DNA of 64,000 nucleotides from the NCBI RefSeq assembly GCF_001194135.2, contig NC_068989.1, forward strand, positions 89,626,859-89,690,858, in the 5' to 3' direction. Source of the stretch: Octopus bimaculoides (lineage: Eukaryota). This document shows, piece after piece, positions 24,201 through 38,471 of the stretch (its first letter is position 1; every line of letters starts with the position of its first letter). The notes below the pieces were generated by a model. That model did not search any database, was not told the origin of the DNA, and saw only the letters and a list, made by a program, of their open reading frames with translations. Made by a program: the position numbers and the translations under genes.

Positions 24201-27200
24201 CACTATTTAAGGAGTGTCCTTTTTTGAAATAAATGAAATATTTTTTGACAAGACCTCTCTATAGTTTATTTCACCAATGTTGGCTGGGCGAAATGGGGAT
24301 TGAATCAAATGGATTTTAACCGGAGAACCTCCAGGAGTAGGGGACAAAGCAATACTTATATATAACTATGTTTCAACTTAGGCGAGATGCGAACAATTTT
24401 GAAGGGAGGGGATTAATCAATAAAAGTAGTGAAAGTGCTCAACTGGTCCTTACTTTATCTACCTCGATAGGATGAAAGGCAGTACCGGAATGAGTATCGC
24501 AAGGCATTTTTATCAGAATTTCCAACGATTCTGTTAATCTATGCCCTTAATGCTAATGTATAATAAAAGTTAAATAGAAACTTTATTATTTCTAAATCTC
24601 TCAACATACAGTAACAGTACTTTAAAGTAAAGATTGTCCGGTTAGAATGAACGTTATTGTTGTTTTAACCCCAGGAAACAACAGTAAGATTGTTTGCTGG
24701 CAAACAATCTTTCCTTTATAATAAAAGTTGTCATTGATTAAGCAACAAGCTTTTCACTCGAATAAAAGAAAAATTGATCTTTTCGTTATCAGTATTTTTA
24801 TTTGCGTCGTAAAATTTACTGACAACACACAAATGTCACTACCTCGGCTCTTGTAGAGTACAAGCGGTTATTTTCTAACATTCGCTCAAGGTTTCTAATT
24901 TGAGAGGAGGGCTTCAGCTGATTACATCGAATTCCGTACTCCGGAAAGCTGATCTTTGTTGGATCTGAACGCGGAAAGTAAGGAACCGGAATCACGCAGC
25001 GCATTTCGTCGGCTGTTTTAACGACCCTGCCAACCCACTCTCTCCCTCTCTCTTACATCGCATATACAACAACGAAACGCCAGATAAAAAGAAAATACTG
25101 CATCAAAAATAGTATTTTTCCTGTTTATTTCCGTATAGAAATAAACTTGAGAAAATTATTTTGTTAAAAGAGATTGCTATTGTAAAAAAAAAAATGTTCT
25201 TTTTTAGGGAGAAAAAGACAGTGTAGTCTTAGTGCCTTCTGTCGGCAGCAAATGGTGGAAAATCACACCTGTTTTGTAGACTTAATCGTTTCATAACACT
25301 CATACAGACTAGATTTCTTGCTCTGCCAATAATTTTGTACCACAAATGTGTAAACGCGAGGAATTGCCAAAGTTATGGTCTGCTACTGTCTAAGAATGCT
25401 CTCTCATTACAAATTGGCGACATCGAAACTTTGCAGCGCAATGCGGCATTATATCCACATTACAGTTATACATGTACGTTCAGCACTGTTAGAAACATCA
25501 GTCAAATATCCCTCAAATTGAACGCTACTGTCCTCAATAACAAGGAAAGGACATGTTTATGTCCTGGTGCCCAACATGCTAGAAATAGCAGTCAAAATTA
25601 TAAACATAGTAGGCTGTGAATAATTTATATGTAGGTTTGACCCTCTTCCGAGATTAATGGTTGGAATTTAACCTGACATGAGACCAGGTCTGAATATTTA
25701 CAAAACAATGAAATCCGCCAAAGGACTTCAACGACGGTGCTAAAACAGGAGAGCAGAGATTAAGTCAACCATCCATTTTTGAACTATGGAAGCTCGGAAG
25801 GGTCACCCAACTTACTAGAAATAACAGCCGGATCATCCTCAATCCACATTATCTTGAACAAGTGTAACAAAGACGGTTTATGTGGCAAATGTAGATTCCC
25901 TTCAAAAAGATGGACGGTCATAGAATAGTGGGTTTTTTTCCTTTTCTTATATGTTCTGGTAAGTGACTTGGTGTTAAATACAGTTGAACTGAAAACATCC
26001 TGAATTACGAAAATCACGATAAAGAAGTCTTGCAAATGCTTTCCTCTAAATAAAAGTTCGCTTTTTCCTTAATATAAACGTTTACCATCAACCCCTGTCT
26101 CTCGTCCTAGGACTGATTAGGGCCGGTTAAAAGGTTTTTCAAGCACAATTTCCCCTAGAACGAGACGCCAGCTGAGTAGACCGAAGCAACGTGAAATTGA
26201 ATTTTTGTTCAAGTACACAACGCGCTGCCCACTCTTGGAACCGAAACCACGTTCCTGCAATCGAGAGTGCAACACCCTAACCACGAGGCCACACGTTTTC
26301 ATGCTTTAAACATTTCGACATAAACAAGTTATAAACTAGATTTATCTCCCTTGCAAAAATCCACCTTGGTGTCTTTTTTTTTTTTTAAACAATGTTGATT
26401 ATTAAATTAAACGTTCAGTTAAATATTTGTAGCAAAGTTCTCTTAATTTGATCTATCATCTTGCATTCATATATTAGTTGATGTATATTACATTGATTAC
26501 CGTATAATATATATTTTCGGAATTCCAATCTAAACGAACGCCATTAAAACTGAATGAAATTCTTTAAATGTGTTACGCTTCCAGAGTAATTTATTGCCAT
26601 TAAAAAATACAACTATAAAGAATTTTCTGTAGGAAATGCAACGTAAATTATACGATTAGCGCAAATTCTACGGTTCATAATGCCCTGGACAAGCTGAATT
26701 TCAGCAACCTTATGCATTTTTCCCCAAGGAGGTAAAACTCTAAACGCAAGAATACCGTTTATAGAAAACAATTCTAGCACAGCATCATTTCAAATTCTTT
26801 CATTACAATATAGCAGCACCACAATATTCCACTCTCACAATCACGACCTCACGCAAGGAATTTTTACATTATCTTCACGAATTCGTAGAACTTGATGTCG
26901 TGATGGTTCGATTTGATCGTACCTTCTTCAGCCAGTCCTGTAATAATAATGTGCAAAGTTGCCTAACACCATCATCACTTCGTATAATACAAGACACATC
27001 ATCCGGTGTTCAAATCACAACTACTGTCCTTTTTCTGGCAAGTTAAACAACCATAAAGTTCATTAGCTGTCTTGCAATGTACTATAGAAATTATGTGTAT
27101 AGTGTCTATTATTATTATTACTACGGGTCTATTTTAAAGGCCCCTGGAGGATATATATATATATATACACACACACACATACAATGTGCAACATGGGTGA

Positions 27201-28831
27201 ATTCTAAGTTTATTTCTTAGATAAACATGCAGTACTGAACCGTCATCGCACTTCCATAAAGATTAAAGATTATGTATTTTGTACTCGGGGAAACTGCCAT
27301 AGCTGGGCCATTCGTTTCATATATAAGATTCGATCCCACAACATAACTTCTTGGGCAGGGGTATTCTACCATAGCTTCTCGTCGACCCAAATTTAGATAT
27401 GGAGAAACTTGTCGAATGGACTCTGTTACTGAAAAGATCCAGCCTTGTTTACAATGTGTCACGCAGATTGTGCCCGATAATTGCGTGAATGGGATATTCA
27501 ACCAACTACACTGAAAATACTCATCGTCGAAAACGACGAAGGCTCCATATCTCTTGAGTTTGGACACACAACTCAGTTCTAAATCTAAAATAAAGACTGG
27601 AGTCTTTCGCTTGGCAACAAGGCGGTTACAGGTTCGACCCGTCACANNNNNNNNNNNNNNNNNNNNNNNNNNNNNNNNNNNNNNNNNNNNNNNNNNNGGG
27701 GGGGGGGCTTAAGTTAGACCTGGGTAGACGAAAACCCGTTGTGTGATTTGTGTATTTATGTTTATCAAGTATCAAACCATATCGCTGTTTGTCTAGAATG
27801 AACACACAAGTTGTACACTTAAATTAAATACAATGGTCAACATGCTCGACTAATTTCCTTGAAAGCGATATCGCAGATTAAATAGTAGAAGAATGGGTGT
27901 ATTTAGTAATAGAATGTGGTTAAATCATTTTCGTCAGACGAAAAAAAAACAAAAAAAAAAACACCCGTCTAAAATGAAAAATTCTGATCAAAGCAGAAAA
28001 AGTCCAAGATATTTCAAAAGCCCACCTTGGAATTAAAATTGAATGAAACTAAAACTACCCTTCAAAGCAGTGACCAAGAAAGTTCCATTAATTGAAACCT
28101 TAAGATATTAATTGCAATTGATTACACATTGTAAATAACTATGAAGAGGAAGAAAAAATACAATGACATTCACTTTAACAGAAAATATTTATTTAACAAT
28201 AGAAAACAAATTGTCCATTTTTTATAAGTTTTACACATTTTCTAAAAAGGTTTTTCTGACAACAATTTATAATTAAATATCGCCTCTTGTTGAGGGTACC
28301 CGATGTCTTTATATAGTATGCAAATAGTTTTTAAGTACAAATAGGTAGTCCTCTACTTTGATAAGTTAAAATGTTAAGATATGAATGACGAATTTGATAA
28401 GAAATTTTTCATAACGAATTCGGTTTCAAAGAAATACTTTTTCGTTGTGAAAAACTTCGTATAATCCAGATTCCCAATGTTTTATAAGGACCTGTTAATT
28501 ATATATATTTCTATACACACATACGTCCGATGTATTTATGTATACATCTTAGGTTTTGTGTAATTAAAATTTAAAAAAGAAAGGGAGGGGTCGTTATTGT
28601 ATTTCCATAACGATTTTCAGGTATAAATTTAAAGGAAAAAAATAGATTCCAAAGATATTGGCAAAAATAGTTTAAATGAAAGAGTTATTTCATACGTGAT
28701 GTGAACAAAAATTTACAGCTTTTTTCTCTCAGTGAAGAAAATTTTAAATTTAATAATGGCAAAATTAAGTTTTCTTTTTTTAAGGTCATATCAAAGAGTT
28801 TGGTAATGTGAGACGAACAGGATGATATTGT

Positions 28832-28847
28832 GGCCCTTAAAAGGGCC
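28832..28847 (-). terminator. Histone 3' stem-loop GGCCCTTTTAAGGGCC (H4)
   Basis: Canonical 6-bp stem and 4-nt loop, 100 nt past the stop. Confidence 0.95.
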
Positions 28848-28946
28848 GTTTATGTAGTTTTTTTTTTTTCAAGTGGTTCGGAAGATGGTGGGTATAATTA
28901 GATGTTAGGTTAAAAAACCCAGCCGAAAAGTGATGGCTCACATTGC

Positions 28947-29267
<321 letters not shown>

Positions 29268-29395
29268 TCAAGTAAAGCTTCGATTCAGAGACAGAACAAA
29301 ATAAAAAACCTCCGATCGCCTTTCAACTACTACCACTTAATATTATTTAGCTTCACGTGCTAGTTCTGTTATACATACAAAACAAAAAGATTAGT

Positions 29396-29475
29396 ATTTA
29401 TATGGAAAGAGGTAAAATCACACGGACGTAGCGGAGATCACAACAAAATACACTCACGTGAGAATTGTAGCCAAT
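29396..29475 (-). promoter_or_regulatory. H4 promoter: TATAAAT (29402-29396), CACGTG, CCAAT (29471)
   Basis: Motifs upstream of H4. Confidence 0.55.
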
Positions 29476-30649
29476 GAAAATGCTTGTTTCATTTTGTCTT
29501 TATTTTTTCCCCCTTCGAATGTCTTTTTTATTTTTTCGTTCGTGTGAAAATCAATGAGACTTTAACAGAATATGTTTATATTTCGATTCGTATTCAGTTT
29601 GTTTTCCTTGGGTATTAGAAAACGATAAAACAACTAATTCTTTTCTCTAAGACATACACATATATGTAAATAATATGTAAGTTCACTTTATAACGTGTTT
29701 ATATGCATAAAAACAACGAACATTGGCTGAGTCAATAAACGTGACAGACTTATTTTATTGTCAGTAACTTCGAAGTTGCATCCATTTTAATTTACATACG
29801 ATAATTGTGATATATTGGTGCATATTTATTTGGCTGAGGTAAACAATACGCACACCATCCGTTTTCGCGTAACTCCTAACCCTAAACACCAGGTGTGCGT
29901 ATTCTTTTAAATGGCTTTCGCCATTCTTCTACGATGAGCTGGTTTCCACTTTCAACACATTATCTCGATTCAAAGCACTTGCCATAGATAACTGCTATCG
30001 CGCATTCGATACTGTAAACAAGAACATTTATTAGAGTTCTTTGCATCGCGTATGCAGGGCTATACTACACAAATCTTTTTATATTACTGAATATTAAACA
30101 AAATATCTAATTAAGTCTGCCGTAATCACTAATAAATTTTCGAATAGCTGTAACATTGTATTATAGGATAGAATTAGAATATGAATGTCATATCCTTCAG
30201 TTGAAGTATTCTAAAAATGGTTATGTGAGAACGGAATTTAAAACAGTCGAAAATTTTTTAGTGCGCTAAAAAGCGTAATTTCTTCAAATGTGTTTCAAGC
30301 GTCGTAGATTACGATTCTGCTAAACAAAACAAAAGCAATTCTTTCTAATGAGAGGATCTTTGGCCCCTCTAGTTTTCTCTAATTTCTCACTCTTGACATT
30401 TATGTTGTAAACAAACATCCGAGATTACGATTCTTCAAAAGAGCCAAGAAATGATGGGCTTTTGGCTTACGAGATCATTTCCGACGCTGCTGTTTAGGAA
30501 TGCTCCATAGAATTCATAAACGTGCTCTCCGCCTGATGCCGAGTATTTTCGGTCACAGCGTTTTGACACATCGAAAGAGAAAAGGGAAAAAGATATCAAT
30601 GCACCACCAAGTCCCACGATTGGTCACACACCACAAGGTTCAATGGAGC

Positions 30650-31500
30650 CTACTGAAGCAAAGCCAACATGCTTATAACATTACCACAGGCGATGGCGAG
30701 ACTAGGGCACTGGAATAGCCAAACGCCCTCGTGGGCCTCGCCAGACACTTTGGTAAGGCGAGCTGCTAATGATGACAACAACTTCACTGTTAGCAACCCA
30801 GCCCTTTCCAAATGTCTGAAATGCCACAGGCTGGAGGGCATAGTTCTCTGACAGGTCCTGATACTTCAAGATTTGTTCGTTTCAGCTACAGAAGCAGTGA
30901 CCCTCCCATTTACCACAACATCCAGGATGTGTGAAGGAACAAGGGAGTCACAGACTGTGGCGTTCCAGATGAGGCACCTACCTCTTACCCAGGGACAGAG
31001 GGTCTCTTTCCATCACGTCTGGATAATCCTGCCAGCTCCAGAACTGAGGGGATATTAACCCAAGCCAGAGTCCACTTAATGATTAGGTTTAACCCATTGT
31101 GACGAGCGAAACAAGCAGCGTTTAGGCGGCATGAAAGACTGCAAAGACCTGTGGAGTTGAACAATGCCATCTCAATCCCCTACAGACGTCAGCTCCCACT
31201 TTAAGCATGATGGAGATGTGGAGCTCATCTAGACTGAGTAGACCTCTAATGTTGGCCACAGGCAGGGCATCAATCCAGTCCCTTGAGAATTTTGTACCTG
31301 CAAAAAGTAGGTGACACCTTGAAAATTGATCAGATTGATCAAGGAGAGAATTGCAAGTGGTACCTGAACGCAGATTGTCCCACACGCTCTGCTTCAGTTT
31401 ATCCTCAACTGTATCATCCATCTCCCTGTTGGAAAGGAGAGGACGTTGCCTACCGAAGGAAAGCAAGCGTGGATGGCGGAAAGAAAAGAGGAAAGAGATG
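30650..31500 (-). mobile_element. Decayed 3' fragment of a CRE-like non-LTR retrotransposon with restriction-like endonuclease
   Basis: WIDALPV..LHISIMLKVGA, zinc-knuckle remnant LSCRLNAACFARHN, IPSVLELAGLSRRDGKRP, LIWNATVCDSL, PVAFQTFG, GVWLFQCPSLAIACGN; frameshifted. Confidence 0.8.
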
Positions 31501-31939
31501 GAGACGAGCACTTGCGCAGACCTCGAACCATTCGGACAAAGCAGTCAGGTCACGGGACTCTGGAGAGAGTCTGACATTGACCGTGTATTGTGGTTGTCTG
31601 AGATGTGATATACTTCCTTCCCCTGAATCTGAAGTCCAATAAGTTTCAACATAGTTATCTCCCTTCCAAAGGTATTAGTCATCAACGTTAGTGTTACTAT
31701 GTTATTTATGTCACGTTCCAGCCTTGTGTGTGTGTGTCTGTCCTTGTCTCTCTCTCTCTCTCTTTTTCTCTAGCGTAAGAGTGATAGGTACAGAGATAGA
31801 ATGGAGTTAAGGAGAAAAATGAAGAAGTAGTGATAGTATTAAAAAAATGGAGGAAGAAGTTGAGAGAACTAAAGATATGTACAAGAGCTGGAAACTGAGA
31901 ATTTGAGAAAATGTGCTATAGATACAGAGGGAGGTGGGG

Positions 31940-32660
31940 AGGGAGAGAGAGAGAGAAAGAGTGTGTGTGTGAGAGAGAGAGCGACAGAGAGAGAGAGAGA
32001 GAGAAAGAGTGTGTGTGTGAGAGAGAGAGAGAGAGAGTAAGAGATAGATAGAAAAGCAAGAGAGAGAGAGAAAGGTAAAAAAAATGCAATGCCGAATGAA
32101 ATAGGAGTATCTGAGCAATTATAACGATGTCGTCTCTTCTCTAATCAAAAAGACTGCTACAAAAATGTCAGCTATAAATTCCCTCTGTCCACTCATTCGA
32201 TATCGTCATAAGACACACCTCTCCTCTGGTCACTAAGACACTTCTCGATGTTACAAGAAGGATTCAGCCTTTATAGAAGGGATTTAGAAAGAGGTGAGTA
32301 TGGAGATGGAGAGAGAGAAAGAAATAGGAGTATATAAAGAAACACACACACACACATATAGGTAGAAAATTTCAAATAGATAGATAGATAGACGGACAGA
32401 CAGACAGACAAATAGATAGATAAATAGACAGATAGGTAGATACATAGATAGATAGATAGACAGAGAGATATGTAGATAGATAGACAGACAGATAAATAGA
32501 TAGATAGATAGATAGACCAGTAGATGGACAGATAGATAGGTAGATAGATAAATAGATAGGCAGACAGATAAATAGATAGACAGACATACAGATAAATAGA
32601 TAGATAGACAGACAGACAGACAAATAGATTGGTAGACAGACAGATAGATAGAGAGAGTGA
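31940..32660. repeat. Compound (GA)n, (GT)n and (GATA/GACA)n microsatellites
   Basis: Direct reading. Confidence 0.95.
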
Positions 32661-32814
32661 GAGAAAGACAGATAGACAGCAACAGCCTAATAAGAGCTGA
32701 CTCTCACCATAACCCATCCAGCCTGTCAGAATGGAATAGGATTTAAAAATGATGGGGATGTGTGTGTGTGCGTACATATATAATATATATATTTATGAAT
32801 TTATATGATTATAT

Positions 32815-33020
32815 GTTCTTTTCTACTCTAGGCACAAGGCTGGAAATTTGGGGGGAGGGGACCAGTCGATTAGATCAACCCCAGTACGCAACTGATACTT
32901 AATTTATTGACCCTGAAAGGATGAAAGGCAAAGCCGACCTCGCCAGAATTTGAACTCAGAACACAGCGACAGATAAAATACCTCTAAGCATTTTGCCTGG
33001 CATGCTAACGTTTCTGCCAA
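32815..33020 (-). mobile_element. SINE family B
   Basis: Repeat similarity. Confidence 0.85.
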
Positions 33021-33482
33021 CTCCCCTTTTATATATANNNNNNNNNNNNNNNNNNNNNNNNNNNNNNNNNNNNNNNNNNNNNNNNNNNNNNNNNNNNNNN
33101 NNNNNNNNNNNNNNNNNNNNNNNNNNNNNNNNNNNNNNNNNNNNNNNNNNNNNNNNNNNNNNNNNNNNNNNNNNNNNNNNNNNNNNNNNNNNNNNNNNNN
33201 NNNNNNNNNNNNNNNNNNNNNNNNNNNNNNNNNNNNNNNNNNNNNNNNNNNNNNNNNNNNNNNNNNNNNNNNNNNNNNNNNNNNNNNNNNNNNNNNNNNN
33301 NNNNNNNNNNNNNNNNNNNNNNNNNNNNNNNNNNNNNNNNNNNNNNNNNNNNNNNNNNNNNNNNNNNNNNNNNNNNNNNNNNNNNNNNNNNNNNNNNNNN
33401 NNNNNNNNNNNNNNNNNNNNNNNNNNNNNNNNNNNNNNNNNNNNNNNNNNNNNNNNNNNNNNNNNNNNNNNNNNNNNNNNNN

Positions 33483-33800
33483 CTGTGTGGCACCTTAGGC
33501 AAGTGTCTTCTACCATAGCCATGGGTCAACCAAAGCCTTGTGAGTGGATTTGGTAGACGGAAACTGAAAGAAGCCCATCGTATATATATATATACATATA
33601 TGTGTGTGTGTGTGTAAGTTTTGTGTGTCTGTATTTGTCCCCCCACCATCGCTTGACAGCTGATGTTGGTGTGTTTACATCCCTGTAACTTAGTGGTTCG
33701 GCAAAAGAAAACCGATAAAATAAGTACTTGGCTCACAAAGAATAAGTCTTGGGGGCGATTAGTTCGACTAAAGGTGGTGCTCCAGCATGACCACAGGCTG
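33483..33800 (+). mobile_element. SINE family A, left arm of an inverted duplication
   Basis: Near identical to the reverse complement of 34060-34375. Confidence 0.85.
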
Positions 33801-34059
33801 AAACAAATAAATGAGTGAAAGAGTAATATATTGGCAGACTAACTGACACACACACACACACACACACATGTTGATTGGTCCATGTTTCTAAATGCAACAT
33901 AACAGGACACAAATTCTTAATGCCCACTAATTAAGCCCTTTAGATTAATTAGATATGCAGGCACCACAAACCTACCTATCCTTCTATATAAATATCTATC
34001 TACTCCCCCCTCTCTCTCTCTCTCAGTTAGTCTGCCAATATATTACTCTTTCACTCATT

Positions 34060-34430
34060 TATTTGTTTCAGCCTGTGGTCATGCTGGAGCACCACCTTTA
34101 GTCGAACTAATCGCCCCCAAGTACTTATTTTATCGGATTTCTTTTGCCGAACCACTAAGTTACAGGGATGTAAACACACCAACATCAGCTGTCAAGCGAT
34201 GGTGGGGGGACAAATACAGACACACAAAACTTACACACACACACACACACATATATGTATATATATATATACGATGGGCTTCTTTCAGTTTCCGTCTACC
34301 GAATCCACTCACAAGGCTTTGGTTGACCCATGGCTATGGTAGAAGACACTTGCCTAAGGTGCCACACAGTGGGACTGAACCTGGAATCATGTGGTTGGGA
34401 AGCAAGCTTCTAACCACACAGCCACACCTG
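34060..34430 (-). mobile_element. SINE family A, right arm of an inverted duplication
   Basis: Shares private variants with 33483-33800. Confidence 0.85.
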
Positions 34431-34432
34431 TG

Positions 34433-34465
<33 letters not shown>

Positions 34466-35939
34466 NNNNNNNNNNAACATCAGCTGTCAAGCGATGGTGG
34501 GGGGACAAATACAGACACACAAAACTTACACACACACACACACACATATATGTATATATATATATACGATGGGCTTCTTTCAGTTTCCGTCTACCGAATC
34601 CACTCACAAGGCTTTGGTTGACCCATGGCTATGGTAGAAGACACTTGCCTAAGGTGCCACACAGTGGGACTGAACCTGGAATCATGTGGTTGGGAAGCAA
34701 GCTTCTAACCACACAGCCACACCTGTGCCTATATATATATATATATATATATATATAATCATTATCATCATCATCATCATTTAACAGAGTTCTGCACCAA
34801 GATCTGCTCTCGTTTTGGCATGGTTTCTACAGCTTGATGCCCTTCCTAATGCCAGCCACCTTACAGAGTGTACTGGGTGCTTTTTATATATGTATGCCTG
34901 TATGTATGTATGCACACGTATATATCTGCTTATCTCTCTCTCTCTTTATTTCTGACCATCTCCCTGCTTATCTATCTATCTGTTTCTAAATCTCCTCTAT
35001 TAAGGCTAAAGACCACTCAGTGGTCAGCAGTGAATAATCCCTCATTTACACCGATTTGTCTAGTGACGAGGGCAATGCTGTTTCTGTGACAATATTGAAC
35101 CAAAACGAGAGGGCACAATAAATTTATTGTAAATATTTGATCCTCTTATGTCCGTCTGTTTGGACTGGAAAACAGATAACATCATTAGAGCAGCGAGGCC
35201 CTTCATTTCTTTCTCCCTCTCTCTCTGATTCCCTCACTTTCTATTTGTCTCTCACTATAACTCTTTCTCTCCCACCACATCTCCTACCCTATTTTTGTCT
35301 CTCTCTGTCTTGCTCTTACTCCTCCTTCTCTACAAATCTCTTTGATTCTCTCTCCCATATCCTCTTACTCCTCTCCCTATCCTTTGGGTTTCTTGCGCCT
35401 GTTCCTCCCTATTTTCACCTCCTCCCTCTCTGTTTAGTTCATCCACTTTCTTTTACTCTGACTCCCACCTACCTCTCTCACTCAGATTCAGTGAAAGAAA
35501 CAGGTGAACATATGCATCATCGTCATCGTCATCATCATCATCATTTAATGTCTGCTTTCCATGCTGGCATGGGTTGGGCAGTTTGACAGGAGCTGGCCAG
35601 ATGGAGAGCTGCACCAGTCTACAATTGTCTTCTTTCAGTTTCTGTCAATCAAATCCACTCACAAGGCTTTGGTCGGCCCGAGGCTATAGTAGAAGACACT
35701 TGCCCAAGATGCCATGCAGTGGGACTGAACCCGGAACCATGTAGCTGGTATTAAATTTTATTAAACTTGACCAATTATTTTTCAAGCAATGAACAATTTT
35801 TGTCAAAACGATATAATATGCAAAGCTTCATGATAAACAACATATTTTGTCTTTCCATTTGGGAGGGGGTGGCGGTGGGGAGTGGATCAGTACAATTTTT
35901 TTCTGTCTAATCTAACCTCTTTCCTTCTCTCTCTCTCTT

Positions 35940-36170
35940 TCTGAACCATCACCATCACCACAACTGCCATACACACCATTCAGACTTCTGACGCCACCAC
36001 CATCAACACCTCCTTCCCCTCCACCACCATCACCACTATCTTTCACATCCCTTACTATCACCACCTCAGCTACCACCACCATCATCATCACCGTCACCTC
36101 CGCCTCTATCACAACTACAACGCATACTATTACTATCACCATCTCAACTGTCAATCTACTACCACCCATC
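35940..36170. repeat. (CAC/CAT)n trinucleotide low-complexity tract
   Basis: Direct reading. Confidence 0.85.
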
Positions 36171-37269
36171 CTTCGCTATGCCTATTATTAGTCTCACCCC
36201 AGCAAAAGGAGAAGTGTCAATAAATAGTGAGAGAGGGGGAGGGGGTCATCGTGTGACACACTGACACACACAAATTCCTTTTGGCATTTATCATTATAGA
36301 AGACATTTGTGCTACAGAGCCAGAGGTGATTTCAGCCGGGTTGGTATCAAAAGGGTTAAAGTAAAGGAGAAGGGGAGTGGATTAGAATAATAAATGGAGG
36401 GGGAGGTGAGGAAAGTTATTAACAATGTGGAGATGAAAGTTGAAAAACCTTTATTTCAGGCTTAAAGACCCATCTTCGAAGAAATGAGCATCTGAGTAGA
36501 GCCTGCCATTTGAATAGCCAGACGGGCAATGACCCTGTTTTAGTCTGGTGCTTGTGTTAGTGGCAGTAAGTCTCCAAATGATGGTGTTGTTGTTGTGCCG
36601 TAGTGGATTAGTTAAAATTGGAAAATGTCAGAGTTGGTGCTACTTGAAATTTGATTCAGCTGTTTGTACTTTTCAGTTTAAAATCCCACCATAGCCATCA
36701 CCTGGTTTAATTCATCATCACCAGGCACCTTGGTCTCCAATGAGAGAGAGATACTTTCCTCCTCCTCCATCTCATCTCAGTCTCAGAGGTCTAACAAAAT
36801 TTGTTCATCACTATGCAGGTATGGCTGTGTGGTTAAGAAGTTTGTTTCCTGACCACTTGGTTCTGAGTTCAATCCTACTCTGTGAAACCGTGGGCAAGTA
36901 TTTTCTGTCATAGCACCAGGCAAATCAAAGCCTTCTGAGTGGATTTGTAAGAAACCCATCATATACATACATATATATATATTGGCGTGGCTGTGTGGTG
37001 AGAAGCTTGCTTTCCAAGCACATGGTTTCAGGTTCAGTCCCACTGCATAACACCATGGGCAAGTGTCTACTATAACCTCGGGCTGACCAAAGCTTTGTCA
37101 GTGGATTTGGTTGACACAAACTGAAATAGGGCCCATTATGTGTTATGCAGTGAGACTGAACCTGAGACCCTGTGCTTGGAAAAAGGCGAGCTTTGATGAC
37201 AGGAAGGGCAATAACTCATAGAAAAAAAATCTGCCCAAAGCTATGCGAGCATGTAAAGTGGATATTTTG

Positions 37270-37450
37270 GGGGAGGGGAACCAGGCGATTAGATCAAATC
37301 CAGTATGCAACTGGTGCTTAATTTATCGACCCAGAAAGGGATGAAAGGCAAAGTCGACCTTGGCAGAATTTGAACCCAGAAATGTAAAGACAGATGAAAT
37401 ACTGCTAAGCATTTCGCCTGGCATGCTCTCAATTCTGCCAGCTCGCCGCC
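37270..37450 (-). mobile_element. SINE family B
   Basis: Repeat similarity. Confidence 0.8.
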
Positions 37451-38344
37451 TTTGGAAAAGTGGATATGGAAACAATGATGATGATGTTATCTGTTTGTTG
37501 AACTGCTATGTTACAGGGCAAAAGGTGGCAACATGACTTCAGCTTCTTGAATGGTGCAAAAAATGTACACCCACAGTTTCTGTTGACTAATTTTCCACTC
37601 AAGTTATTGGTCAACTTCAGGCTTTGGTAGAAGACACTTGAGCAAGGTGTTGCATTATGGGATTGAACTGGTTGATTATGAAGCAATTTTATAAACTCCA
37701 TTTATACCTGCCTACATTTTACATACAGCACACATTTCACATGTGTATGTATATATTATACATATTTGTGTGTATAAACACACACATATATATGAATTTA
37801 GGCACATGAGTATATAAATATATATATACAGTAGAGTTGTATATATGTTATAGGCTATATATATAAAAAAAGTGTGTGTATACACAAATATATATGAATT
37901 TAGGAATACGAGTATAAATACTTATATATATATATATCTATATATACAGTATATAGTCCTGTATGTTATAGGCTATATATAGTGTTGTGTATTTACCTCT
38001 CTCTATGTGAATATACACATTTATTTGTTTGTATTCATCTGTCACTGCCATTATAGAAGTCTTCCAGCAAACAAAAAAACACCTGTATATATATATATAT
38101 ATACATACATACATACACACACGACATAAATGCACTGATATATGAGAAAGAGAGGCATAGCTATGTATTGATTACAGTATAGCTATTACTTTTAGCATAT
38201 CAACCCACCAATTGATGGTTCAGTTTGGGGAAAACGGTTATAAATTCTCTTACCACCACCATCACAGCTTAATCAGTTAAACCAAAACTTATTCAACTTG
38301 TACAAAACTTAAACATTCACTGAAATATCTAAATATTAATCTCA

Positions 38345-38471
38345 GCCGAGGTCGACTTTGCCTTTCATCCTTTCAGGGTCGATAAATTAAGTATCAGTTG
38401 CGTACTGGGGTCGATCTAATCGACTGGACCCCTCCCCCAAAATTTCGGGCCTTGTGCCTAGAGTACACAAG
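38345..38471 (+). mobile_element. 5'-truncated SINE family B with a perfect 21-bp TSD
   Basis: TSD aatatctaaatattaatctca at 38324-38344 and 38472-38492. Confidence 0.93.

Noticed and set aside
27217-27645. 142-aa ORF
   Set aside because: Overlaps a degenerate SINE A in antisense; no domain recognised
31807-32777. Leu/Ser/Ile/Tyr-rich ORFs (also 17248-17646, 35137-35586, 42115-43617)
   Set aside because: Translations of microsatellites and polypurine tracts
32956-33736. Long ORFs containing X runs (also 56576-57449 and 60759-61506)
   Set aside because: Artefacts of N gaps; only the RTE part of 60892-61776 is real coding-derived sequence
34477-34765. Direct duplicate of about 34180-34460
   Set aside because: Essentially identical copy across a small gap, likely an assembly overlap
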